Of a DNA stretch of 64,000 nt, positions 18,942 to 28,403 are shown in pieces. Origin of the DNA: a virus. Its lineage: Duplodnaviria > Caudoviricetes. How positions within the stretch are numbered: the stretch's first letter is position 1; every line of letters begins with the position of its first letter. Position numbers and translations under genes: made by a program. The notes beneath the pieces are model-generated. The model searched no databases and was not told the origin of the DNA. It worked only from the letters and a program-made list of their open reading frames with translations. Location of the stretch: IMG/VR virus record IMGVR_UViG_2857089846_000001, positions 32,001 through 96,000 of that record; one strand, written 5' to 3'.

Positions 18942-19499
18942 CTACTGGCCAGCCGCGTCGCGCTGCCTCTTGCGTTCGGCCGTTCGCTCCGCGGCCCGCG
19001 CCCGGTCGGCCTCTTCCTCCGCGCGCACCAGCTCCAGGAACCGCTCGGGGTACTCGTCGGCGAGACGGCGACGCGCTCGAGAACGGGGACTGGGCTCCGG
19101 CATCAGGTGGCCCCGGCGCGCCACCATTCCCGCCTGCACCCGGAACAGGATCTCCGCTTCGTGTTCCGCCCTGGCCCGGACCTGAGCCAGGCGGCGGCGA
19201 TGTGCGTTGTTGGACTCACCGGGAACGGCGGGCAGGTACTTCTCCGGCTCCCGCACGATGTCCGGAATCAGGCGCCGGGCCTTGCGGACGAGCTCGGGCG
19301 AGCGGATCGCGTACGCCACGACCTGGTCGCGGTCGTCGTTGTCCGTTGCGATGAAGGCAGCAAGCTCCGCGGCGAACTCTCGGTTGGTCAGAGCGCTGAG
19401 GGCCTTGATCTGCTCGGTGACTGCAACCAGGTCAGGTTCTGTCCATCGACTCTGGCGGGAGCCCCGGCCGTCAGGCGCGTCTTGCTGCGGTGCCGCCAT
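18942..19499 (-). CDS. Hypothetical protein
   Basis: 185 aa, helical and basic; AGGAGG RBS. Confidence 0.7.
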   Translation of the reverse strand: MAAPQQDAPDGRGSRQSRWTEPDLVAVTEQIKALSALTNREFAAELAAFIATDNDDRDQVVAYAIRSPELVRKARRLIPDIVREPEKYLPAVPGESNNAHRRRLAQVRARAEHEAEILFRVQAGMVARRGHLMPEPSPRSRARRRLADEYPERFLELVRAEEEADRARAAERTAERKRQRDAAGQ

Positions 19500-19806
19500 C
19501 CCGGCTGGCCCTCCTGGGATCGATCATGGTCGGCCGAAGCCGACAGCGGTATAGGGGAAGGTGGCCGCCCTGCGCCCGATCTCCCCGCGAGCCGGATCAT
19601 CCCGGATAGCGGCCAGTACCCGACCCTGGGCCCCCGGAGGGGCGCAGTTTGCTTGGCGCTTCCCTGCGGTCAACGCTCCGGGCCCAACCAGTAGGACAGC
19701 CCCGAAAGCCGCAAGGTCGCTTCCTGCGACGGCGAGATCGGCGGCACGGCGGCCACCTTATGCGGATGATACCCGCGTGACCCGGCAGGGCCTGTATCCA
19801 GCAGCT

Positions 19807-20133
19807 CTATCCGGCCGCTGAGCCGGCTTTCGGACTGGTGGCGGACTCGATGGCCGGGGCGATTCTGGTGGGCTTCCAGATCAGGTCATAGGTGCTCTGG
19901 GACGCGGCGAGGACGGTGGCGATGGTTCCGAGGGTCGGGAGTCCGTGCTGGAACTGATCCAGCCCGCCCACGGAGGCGACCGTGACAACGCCGGCGGCCA
20001 GCGCCATGGCGACCGCGACGATCTGCTTCGCCCGCACGGACCACTGAGGCCGCTGCACGATGGCGGTGAGGAGCGGCAGGAGCGTGCCGACGGCGGAGCC
20101 TGCGGCGACGGAGTTGAGCGTGAGCGAGGACAT
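19807..20133 (-). CDS. Holin
   Basis: 108 aa, three hydrophobic segments, LPLLTAIVQRPQWS..KQIVAV..SQSTYDLIWKPT; lies downstream of the tail genes. Confidence 0.75.
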   Translation of the reverse strand: MSSLTLNSVAAGSAVGTLLPLLTAIVQRPQWSVRAKQIVAVAMALAAGVVTVASVGGLDQFQHGLPTLGTIATVLAASQSTYDLIWKPTRIAPAIESATSPKAGSAAG

Positions 20134-20169
20134 AGGACGTCTCCCGTCTGTCGGTGATGAGTAGGCGGG

Positions 20170-20204
20170 ACTGTGCTGCCCGGCCGCCGCTTGCGTCCCG
20201 GGCG
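20170..20204 (-). promoter_or_regulatory. Candidate late promoter (holin)
   Basis: CGCCCGGGACGCAA-15-CACAGT. Confidence 0.6.
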
Positions 20205-20220
20205 GCGACGGCGGCCGGGG

Positions 20221-20724
20221 TCACCGGTCGAGGCTGGCGATGTCGGCCGCGATCTCCTCGGGCGGCTCCGGCGCGGAGCGGCCGAGGGCCTTCACCACCA
20301 GGCCGCGAAGGTCGCGGATGTAGTCCAGCGCGGCAGCCTTCCAGCGGCGATCCTTGCGCTGCTCTTCCTGGAGCTCGCGGACTTCGCGGGTGAGCTCCAG
20401 CTGCCCGGCCTCCAGCATCGCCACCCGTTGGACGGTCTGGGCATGCATGGTGCGTTCCTGGTCCAGGAGGACGCGCTGCTGATCGAGCATCCCGCGCTGC
20501 TGGTCGAGGAGCGAGGAGAACCCCGCCGTGACCGTCTTCATCGCCTCGACGTACGTCTGGCCCTCTGCGGCTTCGGCGGCGGCCTTGGCCTGTACGGCGG
20601 CCACATTCTCGTCGGCGTCGCCCCTCCGCTTGACCTGCCGGTAGCTGAAGAAGGCGCCAACGATGACGCCGAGCGAGCCGAAAATGGGGGCAACGATGGG
20701 CGCCGCGGAAGTGAGCCAGTCCAT
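20221..20724 (-). CDS. Lysis-cassette membrane protein (N-terminal TM + coiled coil)
   Basis: IVAPIFGSLGVIVGAFF followed by a coiled coil; adjacent to the holin. Confidence 0.7.
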   Translation of the reverse strand: MDWLTSAAPIVAPIFGSLGVIVGAFFSYRQVKRRGDADENVAAVQAKAAAEAAEGQTYVEAMKTVTAGFSSLLDQQRGMLDQQRVLLDQERTMHAQTVQRVAMLEAGQLELTREVRELQEEQRKDRRWKAAALDYIRDLRGLVVKALGRSAPEPPEEIAADIASLDR

Positions 20725-20809
20725 GGCGCCTCCTCGTGGATGGATCGGTCAGTGAGGGTGCGCGGGAGCCGCGGGCGCTGACTGGCACCCGCGGCTCCCC
20801 GCAGGCCGA

Positions 20810-20843
20810 ACGGTGCAGGGCCGCCGGCCTAACGTCGCGGCCT
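20810..20843 (-). promoter_or_regulatory. Candidate late promoter
   Basis: AGGCCGCGACGTTA-14-CACCGT. Confidence 0.6.
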
Positions 20844-20851
20844 CGTCTCTA

Positions 20852-21223
20852 TCAGGGCTCCGACGAGTACGGCGGGGCGCCGTTGTATCCGGCGAGGACG
20901 TTCCACGCCGCGCTCACCGCGGTGACGATCTGCTCGTCGGTGAGCGCGGCCTGGGCGCTGTCCGGGTCGCCTTCGATCGCGCCGGCCGCGGCCGCGGTGG
21001 AGATAGTCGGGTCGGCGGCGATGACGGAGGCGTTGCCGGGGCTGGTGAAGTCGCCGGGGGTGAGCACCGTGCGGGCGAAGCCGACGCGGAGCGGGTTGCC
21101 GGGGGTGGCGGGGTCCTCGTTCAGGACGTCGCGGGCGACCCGGATGAGGGCCATGCGGACGCGGGAGCCGAACTTGGGGTTGCAGAGAAGGTCGTGCTCG
21201 GCGAGCAGGGTGGAGAGGGGCAC
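20852..21223 (-). CDS. Hypothetical protein downstream of tail fibre
   Basis: GTG 21223 after AGGAGG; 123 aa. Confidence 0.7.
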   Translation of the reverse strand: MPLSTLLAEHDLLCNPKFGSRVRMALIRVARDVLNEDPATPGNPLRVGFARTVLTPGDFTSPGNASVIAADPTISTAAAAGAIEGDPDSAQAALTDEQIVTAVSAAWNVLAGYNGAPPYSSEP

Positions 21224-21236
21224 CGGGTTCCTCCTG

Positions 21237-24200
21237 TTACTTGGTGTAGGTGACGCGGAGCAGTGGGGGGTAGGTCTCCCCGACGCCGCGGGCGGAGCCG
21301 TAGTACGTCGAGGAAGTCGAGTTGGGGTCCAGGGCGATGCCGCGCCACGTCGTGGAGTCGAACACGCTGGTGATATTGACCCATTTGCCCTCATTGCGTT
21401 TCCAGGCGACGGACATGGACTCGGCGTCGGAGGAGAACGTCGACGGGCGGGATGCGTGCTTGTGGGCCTTGATGACGGCCGTGCCGCCGGCGTTGGCGTA
21501 CCAGTGGTCGAAGTAGAGGTAGACCTCCGCCTTGTTGATCACGGCCCCGGACAGGTCGGTCGCCAGCTGGGGGTGGAAGCCGACGAGGGACGCCTGCACG
21601 CCGTTGGTCGACGACACGTAGCCGCACATCATCTGGTTGCCGTAGTAGCTGTTGTAGGACCCGCGGTTGGCGTACGAGCCGGACCAGGACGCGGCGTAGG
21701 TCTTGGTGACCGTCGTCTTCGGCGGGGTGGACGAGCCGCCGCCGGTGTTGAACACGCCGGTGTCCGGGACGGCCGGGCCGGTGTCCTCGATGTAGAACAG
21801 GCCGGGCCACCCCGTACTGCCCTTGAGGGCCACGTTCTGCCCTGCGGGGCCGCCGCTGCAGCGGAAGGTCGACAGCAGGCGGTGGAGCCCGGCACCGAAC
21901 TGGGCGCCGGACTTGATCAGCTCCATGCGGACTCGGCGGAGACCGTCCGTCGTCATCGGGTAGATGCCGGACTGGATCTGCGGGGAGCCGATGCTGGGGG
22001 CGGACGCACCGCCGTCCTTGAACACCAGCACCAGCTCGCCGCCGGCCACGGACGGGTCGGCGTAGACGTCCAGGACGACGCGGTACATGCGGCTCGCGTC
22101 GGCCTCGAAGGCGAGCTCGACGTATCCGAAGTCGGTCGTGCCCGCGGTGACCGTCCCGGACTGCTGGCTCTGGGCGATGATCCCGCGGGCGCCGTTGGCG
22201 AGGAGGCCGTCGATGGGGTCGCCGCCCACGGTGAAGCTGCCGGCGACGGCCAGGTCGCCGAAACCCGCGTTGCCGTGCTGGTCGATCGTGGCCACGGGGA
22301 GGCCGTCGGTGGACATGGTGAGGTAGTTGGGGCGGCCGGTCACCAGGGCCACGGCCTCCTGGCCGTCGCCGTCGAACAGCGTCAGCCCCATCGGGGACAG
22401 CTCCGCGCGGCCGCCGGCGATTCCGGAGGCGAGGACGGGCCGTGCTTCGACGTTGTCGTACGCCACGGTGCCGGCGGTGGAGTCCACGGTGGACAGGGCG
22501 ACGCGGACGCGGACGGTGTTCGGCGGGGCGGCCTCGGTGGGGACGCCGGCGACGCGCTGCCAGGAGCCGAGGACCACGTTCCCCGCTCCGGGGGTCACGG
22601 TGCTGAAGCCGAGGGTGTTTCCCGCCGCGTCCTCCCAGCGGGCGTAGATGCTGACCCGCACCCCCAGCCAGTCGGTGGACGCGAGGTAGTCCATGGCCAG
22701 GAACATCTTCTGCCCGGGGGTGGCGGGTGCGAGGGCGAGGGTGTGGGTGCGGGTGACGGCGGCCGCGGCCGTGGCGTTCACCTGAACCCCGCGGGGGGTG
22801 CCGTTGCCGGTGGCCAGGCTCCAATGCGTCTGTCCGACCAGGCGCTGGTCGGTGACGGCGCCCTCGAACGACGGGTCGGCGATGAGGTTGCCGTCGCTGC
22901 CGAGTGACAGCTTGTCCGCGCTGATCGACCCGGCCTTGATGTGGACGGCGTCGATCGCCCCCGCTTCGATCTTGGAGGCGGTGACGGAGTTGACGGCCAG
23001 CTTGTCCGCGGTCACCGAGAGGGCGGCGAGCTTGTCCGTGGTGATCGCGAGAGAGGCGATCTTCTCCGCGGTCACGGCCAGGGCGAGGAGCTTGTCGGTG
23101 GTGATGGCCCCGGCGAGGATCTTCGGGGCGGTGATCGCGCCGTCCGCGATCTGCACCCCCGGGACGACCGGGCGCAGCGCGGCGTTGTCGAACCAGGCGT
23201 CGCCCGCGGTGGTGTTGGCGTTCTGCAGGCGGATGCTCGCCCGGGTCGTCCCGGCCGGGGCGGTGACGGTGGCCGCGAACCGGGTCCACGCCTCCCGGAT
23301 CGGGCTGGTGCCGGTGCCGGCGACGCCGTAGCCGAGGATGTTCCCGGCCGCGTCCTCCCAGCGGGCGTAGAGGTTGGCCGAGTTCCCCGCCCAGTCGGCC
23401 GAGAGGTAGTAGTCGCATGCCAGGTAGAGCTGGTCGCCTTCCAGGGCGGGGATCAGGGTGAGCGGGACGTCCCGGTAGACGGGGGTGGCCGAGCGGCCAT
23501 CGATCTTCACGGAGGATGCGGAGCCGTTCCCGCGGGTCTTGTCCTGGGTGGCGTAGGACAGGCCGGAGACGAGGGTCGCGGTCAGGGCGCCCTCGAACGA
23601 GGGGTCGGGGAGGATGTTGGAGCCGCCGGTGACGGTCAGCTTGTCGGTGGTCACCGCGCCCGCGGCGATCTCCGCGGCGGTGACCGAGTTGGCCTGGAGC
23701 TCCCGGGCGCCGATCGTGTCCGCTGCGACCTTCCCCGCGATCACGGCATCCGTGGCGATGGCCCCGGCGGTGACCGAGCCGGTGACCAGGTTGGTCGAGT
23801 TGACGACACCGGTGCGCAGGGCCTCGATCGTGAAGACGTCGACCTCCATGACCGACGCCGTCGACTTGCCGAAGTTCAACCAGAGCACGGGCCGCAGGAA
23901 GCGCACGTTGGCGTGCGTGGTGCCGGGAAGGCGCGGGTCGGTCTGCGGGCCGGCGGGAGCGGTGGCGCCCTGCGCGGCGCGGCCCTGGAGGTAGCCGACG
24001 TACGTCTTCCAGCCGTCGGCGACGGTGAGGGTGCCGCCGTTGGTGCCGCAGTAGTAGTGCATCGAGTTCGACGCGAGGCCCGAGCGGTTGACCAGCGTGA
24101 TGCCGTCGTCGGCGACGCCGACCGCGCCGACGTACAGGGTGGCCGGGCCGCTGGGGTCCTGCGCGGTGGCCCGGACCCGGGCCATGACCCGGTACAGGGT

Positions 24201-25130
24201 GTCGGTGTCCTGCGCGGCGAGCGCCTTCCCGGCGAGCTGCACGTCCCCGGTGGCGGTGAGCAGCCCGCCGCCGGACGGGGTGCCGGTGGCCGCGGGGTCG
24301 ATGACCCACGTGCCGCCGCCGGACGCGGCGAGCTGCTGCCAGCTCGCCGGGTCGCGGAAAATGTCGACGTACCGCTGGGTCGCGGAGTCGCCCAGCGGGC
24401 CGCCGAGGGCGTTGAGGGTGACCGCCCCTTGGGCGAGCGCGGCCTGGGTGACGCTGTTCTTGGCGAGCTTGTCGGCGAGGACCGCGCCGTCGGCCAGGGC
24501 CGCGGAGTTCACCGCGGCAAGGGCGATCTTCGCGGCGGTCACGGCGCTCGCGGCGAGCTTGGTCTCGGTGACGATGCCGTCGACCAGGTCCTGCTCGACA
24601 GCCTGCCGCGGGGTGCCTTCCGTCGCGGCCGAGGGCGGGCCGGTGATGGCGGCGGTGTTCGCGCCGACCAGGCGGACGTACACCGTGGCGTAGCCCTCGA
24701 TGGCGACGGTGACGGTGCCGCCGAGCGGGGCGGTGATCGTGGCGACGAGGGTGGACACGTCGGGCGTGAAGTCGGCGGCCGGCCCGACGTGGACCTGGAT
24801 CAGGGAGAAGTCGGTGGGGGTGGTGTACGAGTCGTCCCACAGTCCGTCCCAGCCGATGAGGAGTCCGGCGAGAACAGGCTCGACCGTGGGCGCGGTCGGC
24901 GTGGGCGGTGCGGGGGTGTTGACGGGGACCAGGGCGACACCGCCGTCGGGCTGGACACCCACGGAGCCCTTGAGCTGCCCCTCGGCGTCGTAAATGTCCA
25001 TCGCGCCGCCCTCGATGGACGTGTACGGCGCCTGCGTCTCGCGCTCCAGCGCCTGCAGGCGCCGGTCGTAGTCGTGCAGGAGCTGCGCGATTCTCCGGGC
25101 TTCGCGCTGGTCGTCGAGGAATGTCGCCAT
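21237..25130 (-). CDS. Tail fibre / minor tail protein with carbohydrate-binding-like modules
   Basis: Starts MATFLDDQRE; blocks of 10-aa A(V/I)TxxK(L/I)A repeats alternate with NILPDPSFEG..WFDN and NLIADPSFEG..AYDN modules. Confidence 0.85.
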   Translation of the reverse strand: MATFLDDQREARRIAQLLHDYDRRLQALERETQAPYTSIEGGAMDIYDAEGQLKGSVGVQPDGGVALVPVNTPAPPTPTAPTVEPVLAGLLIGWDGLWDDSYTTPTDFSLIQVHVGPAADFTPDVSTLVATITAPLGGTVTVAIEGYATVYVRLVGANTAAITGPPSAATEGTPRQAVEQDLVDGIVTETKLAASAVTAAKIALAAVNSAALADGAVLADKLAKNSVTQAALAQGAVTLNALGGPLGDSATQRYVDIFRDPASWQQLAASGGGTWVIDPAATGTPSGGGLLTATGDVQLAGKALAAQDTDTLYRVMARVRATAQDPSGPATLYVGAVGVADDGITLVNRSGLASNSMHYYCGTNGGTLTVADGWKTYVGYLQGRAAQGATAPAGPQTDPRLPGTTHANVRFLRPVLWLNFGKSTASVMEVDVFTIEALRTGVVNSTNLVTGSVTAGAIATDAVIAGKVAADTIGARELQANSVTAAEIAAGAVTTDKLTVTGGSNILPDPSFEGALTATLVSGLSYATQDKTRGNGSASSVKIDGRSATPVYRDVPLTLIPALEGDQLYLACDYYLSADWAGNSANLYARWEDAAGNILGYGVAGTGTSPIREAWTRFAATVTAPAGTTRASIRLQNANTTAGDAWFDNAALRPVVPGVQIADGAITAPKILAGAITTDKLLALAVTAEKIASLAITTDKLAALSVTADKLAVNSVTASKIEAGAIDAVHIKAGSISADKLSLGSDGNLIADPSFEGAVTDQRLVGQTHWSLATGNGTPRGVQVNATAAAAVTRTHTLALAPATPGQKMFLAMDYLASTDWLGVRVSIYARWEDAAGNTLGFSTVTPGAGNVVLGSWQRVAGVPTEAAPPNTVRVRVALSTVDSTAGTVAYDNVEARPVLASGIAGGRAELSPMGLTLFDGDGQEAVALVTGRPNYLTMSTDGLPVATIDQHGNAGFGDLAVAGSFTVGGDPIDGLLANGARGIIAQSQQSGTVTAGTTDFGYVELAFEADASRMYRVVLDVYADPSVAGGELVLVFKDGGASAPSIGSPQIQSGIYPMTTDGLRRVRMELIKSGAQFGAGLHRLLSTFRCSGGPAGQNVALKGSTGWPGLFYIEDTGPAVPDTGVFNTGGGSSTPPKTTVTKTYAASWSGSYANRGSYNSYYGNQMMCGYVSSTNGVQASLVGFHPQLATDLSGAVINKAEVYLYFDHWYANAGGTAVIKAHKHASRPSTFSSDAESMSVAWKRNEGKWVNITSVFDSTTWRGIALDPNSTSSTYYGSARGVGETYPPLLRVTYTK

Positions 25131-25138
25131 GGCCGCGG

Positions 25139-25173
25139 ATGCTGCGGCCCGCGGCCCCTTAACGTCGCGCCCT
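25139..25173 (-). promoter_or_regulatory. Candidate late promoter (tail fibre; leaderless geometry)
   Basis: AGGGCGCGACGTTA-15-CAGCAT, then 8 bp to the ATG. Confidence 0.6.
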
Positions 25174-25186
25174 GCCCGGCGGCCGG

Positions 25187-26392
25187 TCAGTACACGAAGG
25201 AATCGCTGCGGCGCAGGCCGAGGACGCAGGTGCCGCCGTCCGCGCTGATCTCCTCGGAGACGATGCGGTGCCACAGGTCGATGTCGCCGTACCACGGCAC
25301 GTGGACCTGGACGCGGATGTCGTCGCCGAGCTGCCAGGAACCGAACCGGGCGTTGGGGTGGTTGATGAGCTGGATCGCGGGAATCTGGATCGACCCGGTG
25401 CGGGCGTTCAGCTCCTTCATCCCGCGGGCCCGCATCGCGGCCGCGGTCTTGAGGGACTTGTCCGCGACCGTCACGACCCGCCGCAGCCGGCCCGCCTCGT
25501 AGCGGTGGACCTGGAACCGCCACATCTTCCGGCCCTCGCCCTTGCCGAGGACCATCACCTCGTTCGCGTACTCATCGCCCATACCCTCCGGCTTGGCGAT
25601 GGCCGCGATGTTCTCCCCGTCGGCGAACCGCAGGTCGTCGCGCTTGCGGCCGAGCCGGGGCCGGCCGAGCCGGATACGGGAGTCGATCTGGTTGCCCGTC
25701 CCGGTCCAGGCGTGGGTCTCGATCCAGTCGAACGGGATGCTCTGGGCGAGCTGGTCGAGTGCCTGCCCGCAGTCGGGATGGTTCCACCAGGCGAGCTCCC
25801 ACGGGTCGGAGCCGTCGGCCGCGCCGAGGAGCTCCCCCAGGTACCCGTCATCGATCGTCAAGCCGATGTTCCCGTACGGCCGCGACTGGATGTGGTTCCA
25901 GATGTTCCGGAAGGCCACGAACGCGTCGATCCGCGGCCCCCCGTACGGCTTCGGCGGCGGCGGGACCTTCTGCTTGCCCTTCTTCCCGTCCACCCAGCCG
26001 TCGTTGTTCTTGTCCTTGCCCGCGTACGGGTCCTTCGGGGTGATCAGCGGCCCGGACAGCATGTGACTCTCGTACGGGATGCCGTGCGCGTACGCGGAGA
26101 ACCCCTCGCACTGCACCATCGCCTTCGGCCCGTCGAACGAGGTCTTGGTGACGATGCCGCCCCACCGCAGAGCTCCGTCGACTTCGAGGAACAGCTTGGT
26201 GCCCCACTCCTCGATGATCGGCCTGCCGTCCGGGCCGAGGAGCCGGCTGTACTCCGGCTCGATCGCGCCGTTCATCGACCCCGGCCCGGACAGGTCCCGG
26301 CGCGGGTTCGATGACAGGGTCAGCGGCACCTCCCAGTCGAGAACCTCCTCCGGCAGCGCGCGCACGGCGATGAACCGCCAGCCCTCCGCCAT
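25187..26392 (-). CDS. Minor tail protein (hub-like)
   Basis: LSGPG, RWGGIV, YANEVMVLGKGEG, WQLGDDIRV; position after the Dit-like gene. Confidence 0.8.
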   Translation of the reverse strand: MAEGWRFIAVRALPEEVLDWEVPLTLSSNPRRDLSGPGSMNGAIEPEYSRLLGPDGRPIIEEWGTKLFLEVDGALRWGGIVTKTSFDGPKAMVQCEGFSAYAHGIPYESHMLSGPLITPKDPYAGKDKNNDGWVDGKKGKQKVPPPPKPYGGPRIDAFVAFRNIWNHIQSRPYGNIGLTIDDGYLGELLGAADGSDPWELAWWNHPDCGQALDQLAQSIPFDWIETHAWTGTGNQIDSRIRLGRPRLGRKRDDLRFADGENIAAIAKPEGMGDEYANEVMVLGKGEGRKMWRFQVHRYEAGRLRRVVTVADKSLKTAAAMRARGMKELNARTGSIQIPAIQLINHPNARFGSWQLGDDIRVQVHVPWYGDIDLWHRIVSEEISADGGTCVLGLRRSDSFVY

Positions 26393-27378
26393 CAGAAGGT
26401 GTCCTCACGCGGGGCTTCCTCGAACTCGATGTCGAAGAACATCGTGCTGCCCGCGTCCGCAAGGAGCTGCCCCGTGTAGGCCACGGCACCGGAGCCCTCG
26501 AGGACTCCGTCCTGGACGGTCCCGCGAATCGACGCGGGAATGTCGATCTGCCCGCCCCCGACGAAGGTGTGCCGCTGCGCAGTGCCTTCCCAGTCGCAGT
26601 CGAAGTTGGTGATGAGCGTGGTGGCCGACCCGAGGCGGGCCCGGAGGTAGCCGTAGGAGTCCTTGGCGTTCTTCTGGTTCAGCCCGGACCAGGTGGCGAT
26701 GATCGTGGCCCGGGTCGCCCACGGCGGGATCTCGATGGGCCACCGGCAGCCCTGCGGGAACTCCTCCCACGCCGGCAGCTTGACGTCGCCGACCGAGTCG
26801 CCGCCGGTGCGGTGGCCGTGCATGTACCGCACCTGGCGCTGCCGCCGCGGGTTCGCCATCTCCCGCAGGTCCTTGATCATGGCCTGGGTGATGGACGACG
26901 TGTTCGCCGGGATGTCGATGCGGGCGAGGGTGATCGCCGAGAAGTTCCCGGTGACCTGCCGGACGCTCTTGGTGGTGTTCGGCACCCCGGAGATCACCCG
27001 GGTGAAGACGTACGGGCCCACCTTCGGGTCCGACGGGTTCGGCCAGGTCTCCCCGTAGCTGTACGGGTTCTCGATACGTGCCACGATCAGGTCGCTGCGG
27101 GCCGTCGAGCCGGTGCCGGGGATGTCCACGGTGTCGGTGGTGGGCAGCCGGGCGGCGTAGGCCTGGTAGGTGGAGCCCGATGCCCGGTTGAGGATCGCAC
27201 ACGCCCCCGGCATGACCTGGATCTTCGCGGCCGGTGAGGAGAGAGCCTTCACCTGCAGATCGGCTGAGCCGATGGTGCCCTCGTGACCGCCGAACGCGGC
27301 GTATCCGAGCACTCGCGCGACCTCGCTGGAGTGCTCGGCGCCCCCCTCGGTGAACCAGGGAACGGAATCCCACGGCAT
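26392..27378 (-). CDS. Minor tail protein
   Basis: RSDLIVARIENP, ITLARIDIPANTSSITQAMIKDLR, typical of actinophage minor tail proteins. Confidence 0.8.
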   Translation of the reverse strand: MPWDSVPWFTEGGAEHSSEVARVLGYAAFGGHEGTIGSADLQVKALSSPAAKIQVMPGACAILNRASGSTYQAYAARLPTTDTVDIPGTGSTARSDLIVARIENPYSYGETWPNPSDPKVGPYVFTRVISGVPNTTKSVRQVTGNFSAITLARIDIPANTSSITQAMIKDLREMANPRRQRQVRYMHGHRTGGDSVGDVKLPAWEEFPQGCRWPIEIPPWATRATIIATWSGLNQKNAKDSYGYLRARLGSATTLITNFDCDWEGTAQRHTFVGGGQIDIPASIRGTVQDGVLEGSGAVAYTGQLLADAGSTMFFDIEFEEAPREDTF

Positions 27379-27414
27379 GGCTGTACCTCCGCTGATTGGT
27401 GTTCTCAGCGGCGG

Positions 27415-27449
27415 ACTGTCGCCTGGCCGAGGGCCTTACGTCGCGCCCT
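27415..27449 (-). promoter_or_regulatory. Candidate late promoter
   Basis: AGGGCGCGACGTAA-15-GACAGT. Confidence 0.6.
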
Positions 27450-27464
27450 GCTTCCCCCTCCGCC

Positions 27465-28403
27465 CTACATGTAGGCGTAGGCGTCACGCCAGGCGACGGT
27501 CATGTACGCCATGCCCGTCGGGTCGGAACCGCGCAGGATGAAGTCCTGCCGGCCGACGGGCAGCCGCAGGTTCGCCAGCACCGGGGAGTCCCGGGTGACC
27601 TTCCCGGCGACGTTCGCGCCGTTCCGCAGCACGGTGCGCGCCCACGGGCGGGGGTCGATGACGACGCGCTCGCCCGCCGCGAGGTTGAGGTCGAGGCTCA
27701 CCTTCCACCGGCCGACGAGTTCGCACGCCGGCTTGGCGATCGGCCCGAAGATGGTGATGACGGGCCAGGTCGGCTTGGAGCCGCGGATGAGGACCTCGCC
27801 CGGGACCTTGCTGGAGCCCGCCCCGGTCATCGACAGCGGCGTGGTCAGCGGACCGACGAGCCCGCGGTGCGGTGCCGGGATGATGTCGATACGGATGTTC
27901 TGCTCGACGTCGTCGTACGCGGTGTCGTCCAGGCACGCGAAGGTGGCCACGACCGGGGTGTAGCCCTGGCGGGTCAACCGCGACCCGGCCGGGGCACACT
28001 TCCGCGGGCGGCCGAAGAACCGTCGCGCCCGCCCGGCCTGCATCGTCCGCAGCACTGCCGGGGTACCGAAGCGGCGGCGGACCGCCTCGCCATCCCACGC
28101 CTGCAGCATCACCGAGACCGCGTCGAGGTTCGCGCCATGGCGGCCGGCCGCGGTGGGCGCGTCGTCTACCGTGTCCACGCCCACCTCGAACGTGAGGGTC
28201 GCCGGGCCTTTCCAGTCCTGCCCGAGCCGGATGCCGTCCTCCCGCGGCATGGCGACGTCGCCGGCGTCCATATCGCCGTACGCGATCTCCACCGGCTCAA
28301 GCAGGTAGTAGCCGCTCGCGATGGTGCCGAACGTGAAGTCCGCGGCCGGGTGGATGCCGTTGGCGGCGTACTGCAGGTTCCACTCACCCTCAGCCAAAGG
28401 CAT
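27465..28403 (-). CDS. Distal tail (Dit-like) protein
   Basis: Immediately after the tape measure gene; ends VAWRDAY. Confidence 0.8.
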   Translation of the reverse strand: MPLAEGEWNLQYAANGIHPAADFTFGTIASGYYLLEPVEIAYGDMDAGDVAMPREDGIRLGQDWKGPATLTFEVGVDTVDDAPTAAGRHGANLDAVSVMLQAWDGEAVRRRFGTPAVLRTMQAGRARRFFGRPRKCAPAGSRLTRQGYTPVVATFACLDDTAYDDVEQNIRIDIIPAPHRGLVGPLTTPLSMTGAGSSKVPGEVLIRGSKPTWPVITIFGPIAKPACELVGRWKVSLDLNLAAGERVVIDPRPWARTVLRNGANVAGKVTRDSPVLANLRLPVGRQDFILRGSDPTGMAYMTVAWRDAYAYM

